Shown piece by piece: positions 1 to 7,153 of a stretch of DNA of 12,679 nt. This stretch comes from Myxococcota bacterium (GTDB taxonomy: Bacteria > Myxococcota > UBA4151). The notes under the pieces were generated by a model. It was not told where the DNA came from, did not search any database, and saw only the letters and a list, made by a program, of their open reading frames with translations. The stretch spans positions 1 through 12,679 of the forward strand of contig JBDQPD010000101.1 of assembly GCA_040260805.1 (NCBI GenBank), in the 5' to 3' direction. A program made the translations under genes and the position numbers. How positions within the stretch are numbered: the stretch's first letter is position 1; each line of letters starts with the position of its first letter.

Positions 1-1
1 C

Positions 2-124
2 TCTGACTTCTCAGACACGATGAACGCTTGTTTGCTCGATGCGGTCCGGCATCTAGCGTTCCCGGGAGATCCCGAAGGTGCCGCCTATCGGCTGCGCATC
101 CCGTTTCGGTTCCGGCCCGACTAA
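2..124 (+). CDS. 3' end (partial) of a probable AgmX/PglI C-terminal (TonB-C-like) domain protein
   Basis: Not in the ORF track. My translation of frame 2 is open from the window edge: SDFSDTMNACLLDAVRHLAFPGDPEGAAYRLRIPFRFRPD*, with TAA at 122-124. The C..(helix)..FP...P-F-x-F end pattern resembles myxobacterial AgmX/PglI/TonB-C termini. Only 40 aa are visible. Confidence 0.6.
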   Translation, partial: SDFSDTMNACLLDAVRHLAFPGDPEGAAYRLRIPFRFRPD

Positions 125-855
125 GGCGCTTGCAACAGCCCATTGACGATATCGTTGATGTCCACATCGGCGTCGCACATGCTCTCCCAGCGAAGGGTCA
201 TGTCACGCCCATCTAAGATGTTGATTTGCGGCAAGCCGAAGCTGCCGTTGTTCGTGCACGGACGGACCCAGCCTTGTGAGAGGGTTCGAGCGAAGGCCGG
301 ATCCACGACCAAATTGGCAGGGTCAACACCCTTTGCACGAGCCACATTGGCGCAAGCTGCGACCGTTGACGGGACATTCCGCCCCAACTCACCGAGCACA
401 AAAATATTGTTCCAGTCGGAACCGACCTGCTCGGCGTAGCCCTTAAACTGCTGCATACCTTGGGAGCACGACGGGCACCATTCGGTCACGAGCATCACCA
501 CCTGAACTTTGGCGCGGCCGCAGTTGTCATGAAGCTCAACCCAGTCGCCGTTGCAGTTCTGAAGACGAAAATTCGCCATTTTCGAGCCGGTGGTGTTCCC
601 GGTACCATTCTCAGCACATTGGTTCGCAACCGGAGGTGGTCCGGCATCGACCGGAGGAGGTGGTGGTGGAGCGCCAGTATCTCGAGGCGGTTCCGCTCCT
701 GCGTCCGCCGGAGTATTTTGCTGCCCGGCATCTATCGGCTGCTGAGCGCCTGCGTCAGCGTTACCCGATGAGCGCCGTGCACCCGAGCTTGGCGGCGGTC
801 CGCAAGCGGCACAAATCATCGACAAACAGGCAAGTTGGATGAGGGCAAATCGCAT
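121..855 (-). CDS. Lipoprotein with Pro/DAG-rich linker and thioredoxin-fold (TlpA/AhpC-TSA/redoxin-like) CxxC domain
   Basis: Start reassigned from 909 to ATG at 855, which gives a lipoprotein-type signal peptide MRFALIQLACLSMICAA-C. It is followed by a low-complexity DAG/Pro linker, FRLQNCNGDWVEL (redoxin-like N-terminal hairpin), the active-site-like WCPSC and the cis-Pro-like GLPQINILD. Confidence 0.8.
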   Translation of the reverse strand: MRFALIQLACLSMICAACGPPPSSGARRSSGNADAGAQQPIDAGQQNTPADAGAEPPRDTGAPPPPPPVDAGPPPVANQCAENGTGNTTGSKMANFRLQNCNGDWVELHDNCGRAKVQVVMLVTEWCPSCSQGMQQFKGYAEQVGSDWNNIFVLGELGRNVPSTVAACANVARAKGVDPANLVVDPAFARTLSQGWVRPCTNNGSFGLPQINILDGRDMTLRWESMCDADVDINDIVNGLLQAP

Positions 856-985
856 GGAGCGGCTCCAAGTAAGGCAGCGCAGCATGGCCGGCAGGCAAGG
901 ACTGCGCAAGACATCGATACGATTCGATCCCCTTGATCCTCAAGCCAAGGTGCTTGATGGTTCTCTCACCCCACTGGAGCAGCTG

Positions 986-1354
986 ATGAATTACCTCATC
1001 GTCGATATGGGAAGAATCCTTGATGAATCCGTCGCTGGGCGCAGCGCAGCTGATGATCTGTCCAAGCGCTGGGAGATGGCTCAGCGCGAGTTTCAGCAGC
1101 TCCTGGAGCGAGCTCAAGCTGGCGATGAAGAAGCAGCAAGTCGCGCCGCTGAGCTCGAAGCCAGCGTCCCTGCAGAGCTCGAAAAGCGAAGAGAAGACCT
1201 CCAGCGCCAGTTGATCGAACGGCTCAAGCCGATCATCGCTACCGTGGCGAGTGAAACCGGAACCGCCCTAGTGCTTAGAGCGGATCAAACACTAGCCTTT
1301 GATCCGCAGAACGAAATCACCGACCGTGTGATGGAGATCCTCGATCGTGACTAA
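986..1354 (+). CDS. Skp/OmpH-family protein, short (122 aa), no signal peptide
   Basis: ATG at 986 is preceded by GGAG. The protein has the OmpH-like N-terminus (YLIVDMGRILDESVAGRSA), a coiled-coil middle and an OmpH-like C-terminus (LKPIIATVASETGTALVL...EITDRVMEILD). The longer track ORF from 839 would overlap the divergent lipoprotein start. Confidence 0.8.
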   Translation: MNYLIVDMGRILDESVAGRSAADDLSKRWEMAQREFQQLLERAQAGDEEAASRAAELEASVPAELEKRREDLQRQLIERLKPIIATVASETGTALVLRADQTLAFDPQNEITDRVMEILDRD

Positions 1355-1773
1355 GGGATCGTGAGCAGCGCCCGGCGCGTCGTCTCGCCGGTGCGCTCAA
1401 GCTTCACCAGCCAAGCCGATGCAGGCAGCCAGTTTGGAAACCGTTCAGCCCATTCAACGAGCGTGATCTCATCGATCGGGTCAAAGAACTCTTCACCCCC
1501 GATGGCGGCTAGTTCTGCCTCGTTTTCGAGTCGATACAAGTCGAGGTGCCACACGGGTGGACTGGTCTCATAGCGGTGAACCAGCGCAAAGGTGGGGCTG
1601 GCGATCTCGGCGGCGTTGCATTCGGGCAACGCGGCAACAAAACCGCGAGCAAACTCAGTCTTACCCGCTCCCAAGTCACCATTGAGAGCGATCACGGTTC
1701 CCGGGCCCGCCATCTGAGCCAGCTCGGCGCCGAGGCGACGGGTCGCCTCTACACTATCGAGTTCACGCTCCAT
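1351..1773 (-). CDS. tsaE: tRNA threonylcarbamoyladenosine biosynthesis ATPase TsaE
   Basis: Walker A GDLGAGKT, SPTF, HLDLYRL and VEWAE motifs; 140 aa; usual position after nnr. Confidence 0.97.
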   Translation of the reverse strand: MERELDSVEATRRLGAELAQMAGPGTVIALNGDLGAGKTEFARGFVAALPECNAAEIASPTFALVHRYETSPPVWHLDLYRLENEAELAAIGGEEFFDPIDEITLVEWAERFPNWLPASAWLVKLERTGETTRRALLTIP

Positions 1774-3250
1774 GGAGTTCCTGCCAACCTTGAGTGATTG
1801 CCAGCGTCAGATCATGCTGACTCAACGTCTCCGCTTGGGCGGCATCAAAACGCTTGGCGGCGGCTAACTGGAGACGCAAGCCGAGATGAACCGCTTGCTC
1901 TAGAGTGTGCCCACGCCCCACCAAAGCGCCGATGAGTCCAGCGAGAACATCACCCGACCCTCCTCGCGCTAAGCTGCGTGCGCTCCCCGGGACCAGATAA
2001 GTCTGCTCAGAAACACGCAGCAAGTTGCCTGCGCCCTTAAGCAAAACTTGAGCACCATAACGAGCTTCAATGGCCTCAACCAAAGCGAAGCGATCCCCGC
2101 CCCAGCCACCGATTAAGGGATCCTCGCCCACCAAACGCAATGCCTCGCCCTCATGCGGGGTGAGCAAACACCGAGCGGGTAACTCGAAGCGCTCCTGAGC
2201 CAATAAAAACAGAGCGTCCGCATCGAGCACCCAAGGCACCTCTGGAGCCGCCTCAAGCAAACTGATCAAGGCTTTACGGCTAGCCGCTCCTCGACCCAAA
2301 CCCGGACCTGCGACAACGGCATCGCTGCGCTTAGCCGCCTCGAGCGCGTGCTCTTTAAAGGGCGCCACCATGACCTCAGCGGGCAATCCGACCAGCGCTG
2401 ATCGCTCAAGCTCTGGGGACCACAAATGCAAAAGTCCGGCGCCGCCGCAGCGAGCCCCGAGCATGGTCAGCATCGCTGCGCCCTCAAGCCCTGGTGAGCC
2501 GGCGAGAGCCAACACACGCCCGAACCTTCCTTTGTGGTCTGCGCGAGCGCGGGGTTTGAGAAACTGCTGCGCCAGCCGCAAGTCCAGCTGAGCGACGGGT
2601 TTAGCGTGGTCGTAATGATCGCGACGGTAGCCGAGGCTTGTCAGGTTGATTTGACCACAATAATCCAAGCCGTCTGAGCAGAAGAAGCCCGCCTTGAGGC
2701 CCCCGAATGTTATCGTGCGATCCGCTCGAATAGCGGCACCCAAAACTCGACCGGTGTCGGCGCATAAGCCCGAGGGAACATCACAAGCGACCACCGGAAC
2801 CGAGCGCGTCGAGCGCAGGCGCGCTACCTCTAACAACGCGCCGCTAAGCGGCCGCGACAAACCGATCCCAAACAGGCAATCAACGATCAGATCCGGCTGC
2901 GAGCCGTAGGCGGCATCAAGCGGCTCTAAAAGAACCCCTGAATCGCTGAGCTGCTGGAGCGCTGCCGCGCCCTCTTCTTCACTCGGCAGTCCCAGCGGTG
3001 CCCAGACACTGACCGATAATCCAAACTCTTCAAGATGACGATAAGCAACCAACCCATCGCCGCCGTTGTTGCCTGGACCAATCCAGAGCTCGATCTGGGC
3101 GTTCGAGTCAAGATTCTGAGCGGCTAGCTCTCGCAGGACACCATCGGCTAAGCCGGCACCAGCCACCTCCATCAGCCAAGGTAGATCGGTGAGGGCGCGA
3201 GCGTCGAGCGCCCGCAGCTGATCGCTGCGCCAGAGCGGCTGGAGGGTCAT
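1763..3250 (-). CDS. nnr: Bifunctional NAD(P)H-hydrate epimerase/dehydratase (NnrE-NnrD, YjeF)
   Basis: Epimerase motifs GPGNNGGDG, VDCLFGIGL and DVPSGL; dehydratase motifs HKGRFG, GPGLG, VLDADAL, LTPHEGE, LKG and GGSGDVLAG. Confidence 0.96.
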   Translation of the reverse strand: MTLQPLWRSDQLRALDARALTDLPWLMEVAGAGLADGVLRELAAQNLDSNAQIELWIGPGNNGGDGLVAYRHLEEFGLSVSVWAPLGLPSEEEGAAALQQLSDSGVLLEPLDAAYGSQPDLIVDCLFGIGLSRPLSGALLEVARLRSTRSVPVVACDVPSGLCADTGRVLGAAIRADRTITFGGLKAGFFCSDGLDYCGQINLTSLGYRRDHYDHAKPVAQLDLRLAQQFLKPRARADHKGRFGRVLALAGSPGLEGAAMLTMLGARCGGAGLLHLWSPELERSALVGLPAEVMVAPFKEHALEAAKRSDAVVAGPGLGRGAASRKALISLLEAAPEVPWVLDADALFLLAQERFELPARCLLTPHEGEALRLVGEDPLIGGWGGDRFALVEAIEARYGAQVLLKGAGNLLRVSEQTYLVPGSARSLARGGSGDVLAGLIGALVGRGHTLEQAVHLGLRLQLAAAKRFDAAQAETLSQHDLTLAITQGWQELHGA

Positions 3251-3963
3251 TGCTGACGCGCTCTAGCGATGCATGATTTATAGGCTGCTACTGCCGACTC
3301 TAAGCCCCCAATAAAGAGCGCATCTGCGATGAGAGCGTGCCCGATATTGAGCTCTTGGATCGCCATCATGGACGCGATGGGCGGCGTGTTGTCGAGGGTG
3401 AGTCCATGACCTGCATGGACAGCGACCCCCGCCTCAACACCGACTTGGGTTGCGTCCCTCAGGCGCGTAAGTTCGAGCTCGACGCGTTCCCCTCGTGCTT
3501 GGGCGTAAGCGCCGGTATGCAGCTCGATTGCGTCCACTCCCAGGGCTGCGCTTTGACGCACAGAGCGCTCGTCAGGGTCGATAAATAAGGACACCTTAAT
3601 TCCAGCGAGCTTAAGCGCTTCGATGATCCGCGGCAGTGACTCCAAATCGGTATCAAGGCCCCCTTCAGTCGTCACCTCTTCGCGAGTCTCGGGGACAATA
3701 CATGCCCAGTCAGGCGAGAGCTTGAGCGCATGATCGAGCATAAAATCAACCGCCGCCATCTCCAGGTTCAACACCGGACTGGCGCGACGTAGCGCGGGCA
3801 GATCGTCAAAACGAATATGACGCTGATCGAGCCGAGGGTGGCAGGTCACCTGATCAGCACCCGCAGACACCACAAGCGCAGCGGCTTGAGCCGGGTCCGG
3901 ATACTGCTCACCCCGGGCGTTTCTTAACGTCGCCACGTGATCGATGTTAACACCTAGACGCAT
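3247..3963 (-). CDS. pdxJ: Pyridoxine 5'-phosphate synthase
   Basis: MRLGVNIDHVATLRNAR, HPRLDQRHI, LNLEM, VPETREEVTTEGGLD, SLFID, IELHTG, AGHGL and ELNIGH motifs. Start set at ATG 3963, 4 nt after the glmM stop. Confidence 0.97.
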   Translation of the reverse strand: MRLGVNIDHVATLRNARGEQYPDPAQAAALVVSAGADQVTCHPRLDQRHIRFDDLPALRRASPVLNLEMAAVDFMLDHALKLSPDWACIVPETREEVTTEGGLDTDLESLPRIIEALKLAGIKVSLFIDPDERSVRQSAALGVDAIELHTGAYAQARGERVELELTRLRDATQVGVEAGVAVHAGHGLTLDNTPPIASMMAIQELNIGHALIADALFIGGLESAVAAYKSCIARARQQ

Positions 3964-3967
3964 GACG

Positions 3968-5311
3968 TTACTCCGCCTTGAGCGCATCGCCGATCATCAG
4001 CGCTAAACGCTCGACCGTCGAAGGCTCCGGTCCCTCGACCAAGACCCTCGCTTTGTTTTCAGTACCCGAATAGCGCACTAAGACCCGGCCGTCCGAGCCG
4101 AGCTCTTGCTCCGCAGCATCGATCAATTTTTGCACCTCAGGGAGCTCATCTAGGGGCACCTTCTCTCCCACAGGAACGTTCACCAACGACTGAGGGAAAG
4201 GCTCGAGCACACCCGAGAGCTCAGAGACGCTCTTCCCGGTCTGCACCAAGGCTCCCAAGAACCCAAGCCCTGCGACCAAGCCGTCTCCGGTCGTGCTGTG
4301 ATCCAAGAAGATCAAGTGACCGCTTTGCTCGCCACCGAGGTTGTAACCCCCTTGACGCATTGCGCCGACCACATAGCGGTCGCCGACCTGAGTTCTTACG
4401 ACCGAACCTCCAGAGCGCTCCAGGGTTCGATCAAGGGCAAGATTGCTCATCACGGTAGCGACTAAGGTGTTCTTGGCGAGACGTCCTTCATCAAGCAAGC
4501 GCAGGGCATTAATCGCCATGAGCTGGTCACCGTCAACGGCCTCACCGCGCTCATCAACTACGATCAGACGGTCCGCATCGCCATCGAGGCAAAGACCCAC
4601 ATGGCAATTATGGTCTCGAACCACCTGCCCGAGATTTTCAGGATAAAGGGAGCCCACACCTTCGTTGATGTTCGCACCATTTGGAGTCGTCCCCACTGCG
4701 ATCACTTCGGCTCCAAGCTCCTCAAGCGCAATTGGCGCCACCTTGTACGCAGCGCCATTCGCACAATCCACCGCGACCCGAAGACCTTCGAGCGTCATCC
4801 CCGCAGGGAACGCGGTTTTCGCAAAGACGATGTAGCGCCCCAGCGCCTCATCGAGACGGCGCAACCGGCCGACGTCGGAACCCAGCGGCAGCTCCGCTTC
4901 TGGCGAGGGATTCAGGATGCCATGCTCAAGCGACAGCTCGAACTCATCATCGAATTTGTAGCCGTCTGAACCGAAAAGCTTGATCCCGTTGTCGGCAAAA
5001 GCGTTGTGAGATGCCGAGATCATGACCCCGGCGTCAGCACGCATCGACTTCACCAAAAATGCCACCGCTGGCGTCGGGATAGGCCCGAGCAAGAGCGCAT
5101 CACCACCAGCCGAACAGATCCCCGCAGCCAGCGCCGTTTCAAGCATATAACACGAGCGTCGCGTGTCCTTACCAATCAAAATGCGGGGCGTGTGGGTGGT
5201 CCTCAAACCATGGGTCAGGGTCCGGCCCAGGGCCATCGCCATTTCACCGGTCATCGGCCAGCGGTTTGCTAAACCTCGTACGCCATCCGTGCCAAAGAAC
5301 TGTCTTGTCAC
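3968..5311 (-). CDS. glmM: Phosphoglucosamine mutase
   Basis: FGTDGVRG, phosphoserine loop ISASHN, metal loop DGDADR, GGEQSGH and VRYSGTE. The GTG start overlaps the cdaR stop (GTGA). Confidence 0.98.
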   Translation of the reverse strand: MTRQFFGTDGVRGLANRWPMTGEMAMALGRTLTHGLRTTHTPRILIGKDTRRSCYMLETALAAGICSAGGDALLLGPIPTPAVAFLVKSMRADAGVMISASHNAFADNGIKLFGSDGYKFDDEFELSLEHGILNPSPEAELPLGSDVGRLRRLDEALGRYIVFAKTAFPAGMTLEGLRVAVDCANGAAYKVAPIALEELGAEVIAVGTTPNGANINEGVGSLYPENLGQVVRDHNCHVGLCLDGDADRLIVVDERGEAVDGDQLMAINALRLLDEGRLAKNTLVATVMSNLALDRTLERSGGSVVRTQVGDRYVVGAMRQGGYNLGGEQSGHLIFLDHSTTGDGLVAGLGFLGALVQTGKSVSELSGVLEPFPQSLVNVPVGEKVPLDELPEVQKLIDAAEQELGSDGRVLVRYSGTENKARVLVEGPEPSTVERLALMIGDALKAE

Positions 5312-6303
5312 GGTTTCTCCTTCTGATCCGTTTTGGGCTTACGCTTGAACAGCTGCACCATCGGGACCGGTCCGAGTCGCACCACACCTTGCGGTAACCC
5401 TTCCAATCGAACCGGTAGCCGGTCTCCTGCGCTGGCGTCGACGAGGTCTTCGCGAACCACCACAGCCTGGAGGTCTGCTGCTTCGAGCCGGTTGAGCGTA
5501 TCGAGCGGTCCTTTGAGGCGCAGATTCACGCTTTTAGGTTGGACATCAAACTGTTCTGACTTGATCACGACCGAGACCCCATTGATGCTGCGATCGAGCA
5601 AGGGCGCGGCGATCTCGACGCGCACTTCGGCTTCGTGCAGATCAACGACCTGCACCCCCAGCACGCCCGTACGCAGACGAGCCATTCGGGTCATATTGCT
5701 CACTTCTTTCTCGACCGAGACGGGACCGGCAATCACCTCTTTGAGCGCGCCGACTTCCTGTTCAGGACCATCCACTGTCACCTGGTCGGGTATCACCTCC
5801 CAGCGCTTAACTTTTAATCCTGCGCTCGGCGTGCCCGTGATCTGAGCGCGAATCGGGACCTGCTTGGAGATCCTGCGCGCCACTTTAACCCGAACGACCG
5901 ACGGCCGAATCGCCTCGACTCGCAAGGCTTTGGGTAAGCCCAGCAAATCACGATTCAGATAGATCGTGCTGCTTCCCAAACCAAAGGAGTCGGTCGGGAT
6001 ATAAACGACGTCACCATCTCGGCGGCGTTGATATTGCTCCATCGCAGCGAGGCTACCGATCACTGAGGCTTGGACGCGGAAGATCTTCTCTCCCACCACC
6101 ATCTGTCCCTCAGGAGCGGTAAAGCTGACGCGCAGGAGCAGCTGCTCATCAACGTCAGTGCTCAGCTGAATCGAGCCCCAAAACGCTAGCGCTAAAGCGA
6201 GCGCGACCGCTTTGAGCCACAGGTCTTGCGAGATCGCCCCAAACAAGTTGCTAAAGCGGCTCGGTTTTTCGGCTTCGGGGACGGCGGTGATCTCATCGTT
6301 CAT
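5308..6303 (-). CDS. cdaR: CdaR/YbbR-domain membrane-anchored regulator of diadenylate cyclase
   Basis: Single N-terminal TM segment (LWLKAVALALALAFWGSI) followed by repeated beta-rich YbbR-like units (e.g. VIPDQVTVDGP, VQPKSVNLRLKGP). It lies between cdaA and glmM. ATG 6303 overlaps the cdaA stop (ATGA). Confidence 0.9.
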   Translation of the reverse strand: MNDEITAVPEAEKPSRFSNLFGAISQDLWLKAVALALALAFWGSIQLSTDVDEQLLLRVSFTAPEGQMVVGEKIFRVQASVIGSLAAMEQYQRRRDGDVVYIPTDSFGLGSSTIYLNRDLLGLPKALRVEAIRPSVVRVKVARRISKQVPIRAQITGTPSAGLKVKRWEVIPDQVTVDGPEQEVGALKEVIAGPVSVEKEVSNMTRMARLRTGVLGVQVVDLHEAEVRVEIAAPLLDRSINGVSVVIKSEQFDVQPKSVNLRLKGPLDTLNRLEAADLQAVVVREDLVDASAGDRLPVRLEGLPQGVVRLGPVPMVQLFKRKPKTDQKEKP

Positions 6304-7097
6304 GCTCGATCCCCTCCACGCCACCAGCTGGTCATCTTACGCCAGCGGTTTTCATCCTCAGACCCCAAAAGGCGTTGAAGTTCATCGGTCAAGTCCGAGG
6401 TGCTGACCGCTCGCCTGAGCTGGCCATCGAGCGCCATACTGATCTCGCCGCGTTCTTCGCTCACGACCAACACCACCGCATCAACATCTTCAGTCAGACT
6501 AATCGCCGCTCGATGGCGAGTACCCAGCTCATCGGGCAGCTGTGTCTCTGATGAGATCGGCATAAAGTATCCGGCTGCAGCGACACGCCCCTCACGAATC
6601 ACCACTGCGCCGTCATGCAAGGGGCTGTCGGGGTGAAAGATGCTCAACAACAAACCCCGACTCACCGTCGCATCAAGCTGTGCGGCGCCTTCGATACGAT
6701 GTCCCAACTCGCCACCTCGCTCGATGACGATCAACGCGCCGCAGCTTTTGTCGGCGAGTCGAGCGACAGCAGCAACAATCTCTGGGATGATCTGCGTCGA
6801 CTGATAGGTACGACCCCAACGCCGCGCTGAGCCACCCATCCGAGCGAGCGCTCGTCGGATATCGGCTTGAAAGACCACCACGATGATGATCACCAAGCTG
6901 TCGATCACCCGATCGAGCAAGGTGTGCATCGCCGACAACCCGAGCTGACCGCTACCCCACCAACCGACGAAGACGACCAACAGGCCGACCAGCACGGCGC
7001 CCGTACGCGTCCCACGGACCAACCGCAGCAAGCGCAGCAGGACGTAAAATACCAGCGCAATGTCTAGGGCTGTGATCAGCCCGCTTTGCCAAGTCAA
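6300..7097 (-). CDS. cdaA: Membrane diadenylate cyclase CdaA (DacA; c-di-AMP synthase)
   Basis: N-terminal hydrophobic helices, VFQADIRRALARMG, GALIVIER, catalytic PLHDGA and GTRHRAA motifs, and VVSEERG. TTG start preceded by GAGGAGG. Confidence 0.96.
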   Translation of the reverse strand: MTWQSGLITALDIALVFYVLLRLLRLVRGTRTGAVLVGLLVVFVGWWGSGQLGLSAMHTLLDRVIDSLVIIIVVVFQADIRRALARMGGSARRWGRTYQSTQIIPEIVAAVARLADKSCGALIVIERGGELGHRIEGAAQLDATVSRGLLLSIFHPDSPLHDGAVVIREGRVAAAGYFMPISSETQLPDELGTRHRAAISLTEDVDAVVLVVSEERGEISMALDGQLRRAVSTSDLTDELQRLLGSEDENRWRKMTSWWRGGDRA

Positions 7098-7102
7098 TCG
7101 CC

Positions 7103-7153
7103 CTCCTCAGAGGGAACCTTTGGAGGAGCCGAAGCGTTAGAGCACGCTTCAGC
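7103..7153 (-). promoter_or_regulatory. Tandem mRNA hairpins between the TPR gene stop and the cdaA start; the second pairs with the cdaA Shine-Dalgarno
   Basis: The mRNA reads GCUGAAGCGU-GCUCUA-ACGCUUCGGC (10-bp stem with one U.G pair, containing the TPR UGA stop). Sharing the C at 7128, it continues CUCCUCCAAAGG-UUC-CCUCUGAGGAG, pairing anti-SD CUCCU with the SD, then GGCGA-UUG start. Pairing was read by eye; function is inferred. Confidence 0.5.

Noticed and set aside
651..670. GGA/GGT triplet run as a tandem repeat or contingency locus
   Set aside because: It encodes the poly-Pro linker with mixed codons.
28..842. Plus-strand ORFs 28-216, 143-439, 460-771, 636-842 and alternative minus-frame ORFs
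   Set aside because: Shadow ORFs of the lipoprotein gene in GC-rich DNA, with no recognisable motifs.
913..944. Short inverted repeats ATCGA-N6-TCGAT and CTTGA-N3-TCAAG in the divergent gap
   Set aside because: 5-bp arms are expected by chance, and there is no supporting evidence.
839..985. N-terminal extensions of the Skp-like ORF (from 839) and the lipoprotein ORF (from 909), plus ORF 761-1117
   Set aside because: They would overlap divergent genes head-to-head. The downstream ATGs have an SD or a signal peptide and match domain starts.
7098..7153. c-di-AMP (ydaO) riboswitch or intrinsic terminator upstream of cdaA
   Set aside because: Too short for the ydaO architecture and no U-tract follows either stem. 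Kept only as a generic structured leader.
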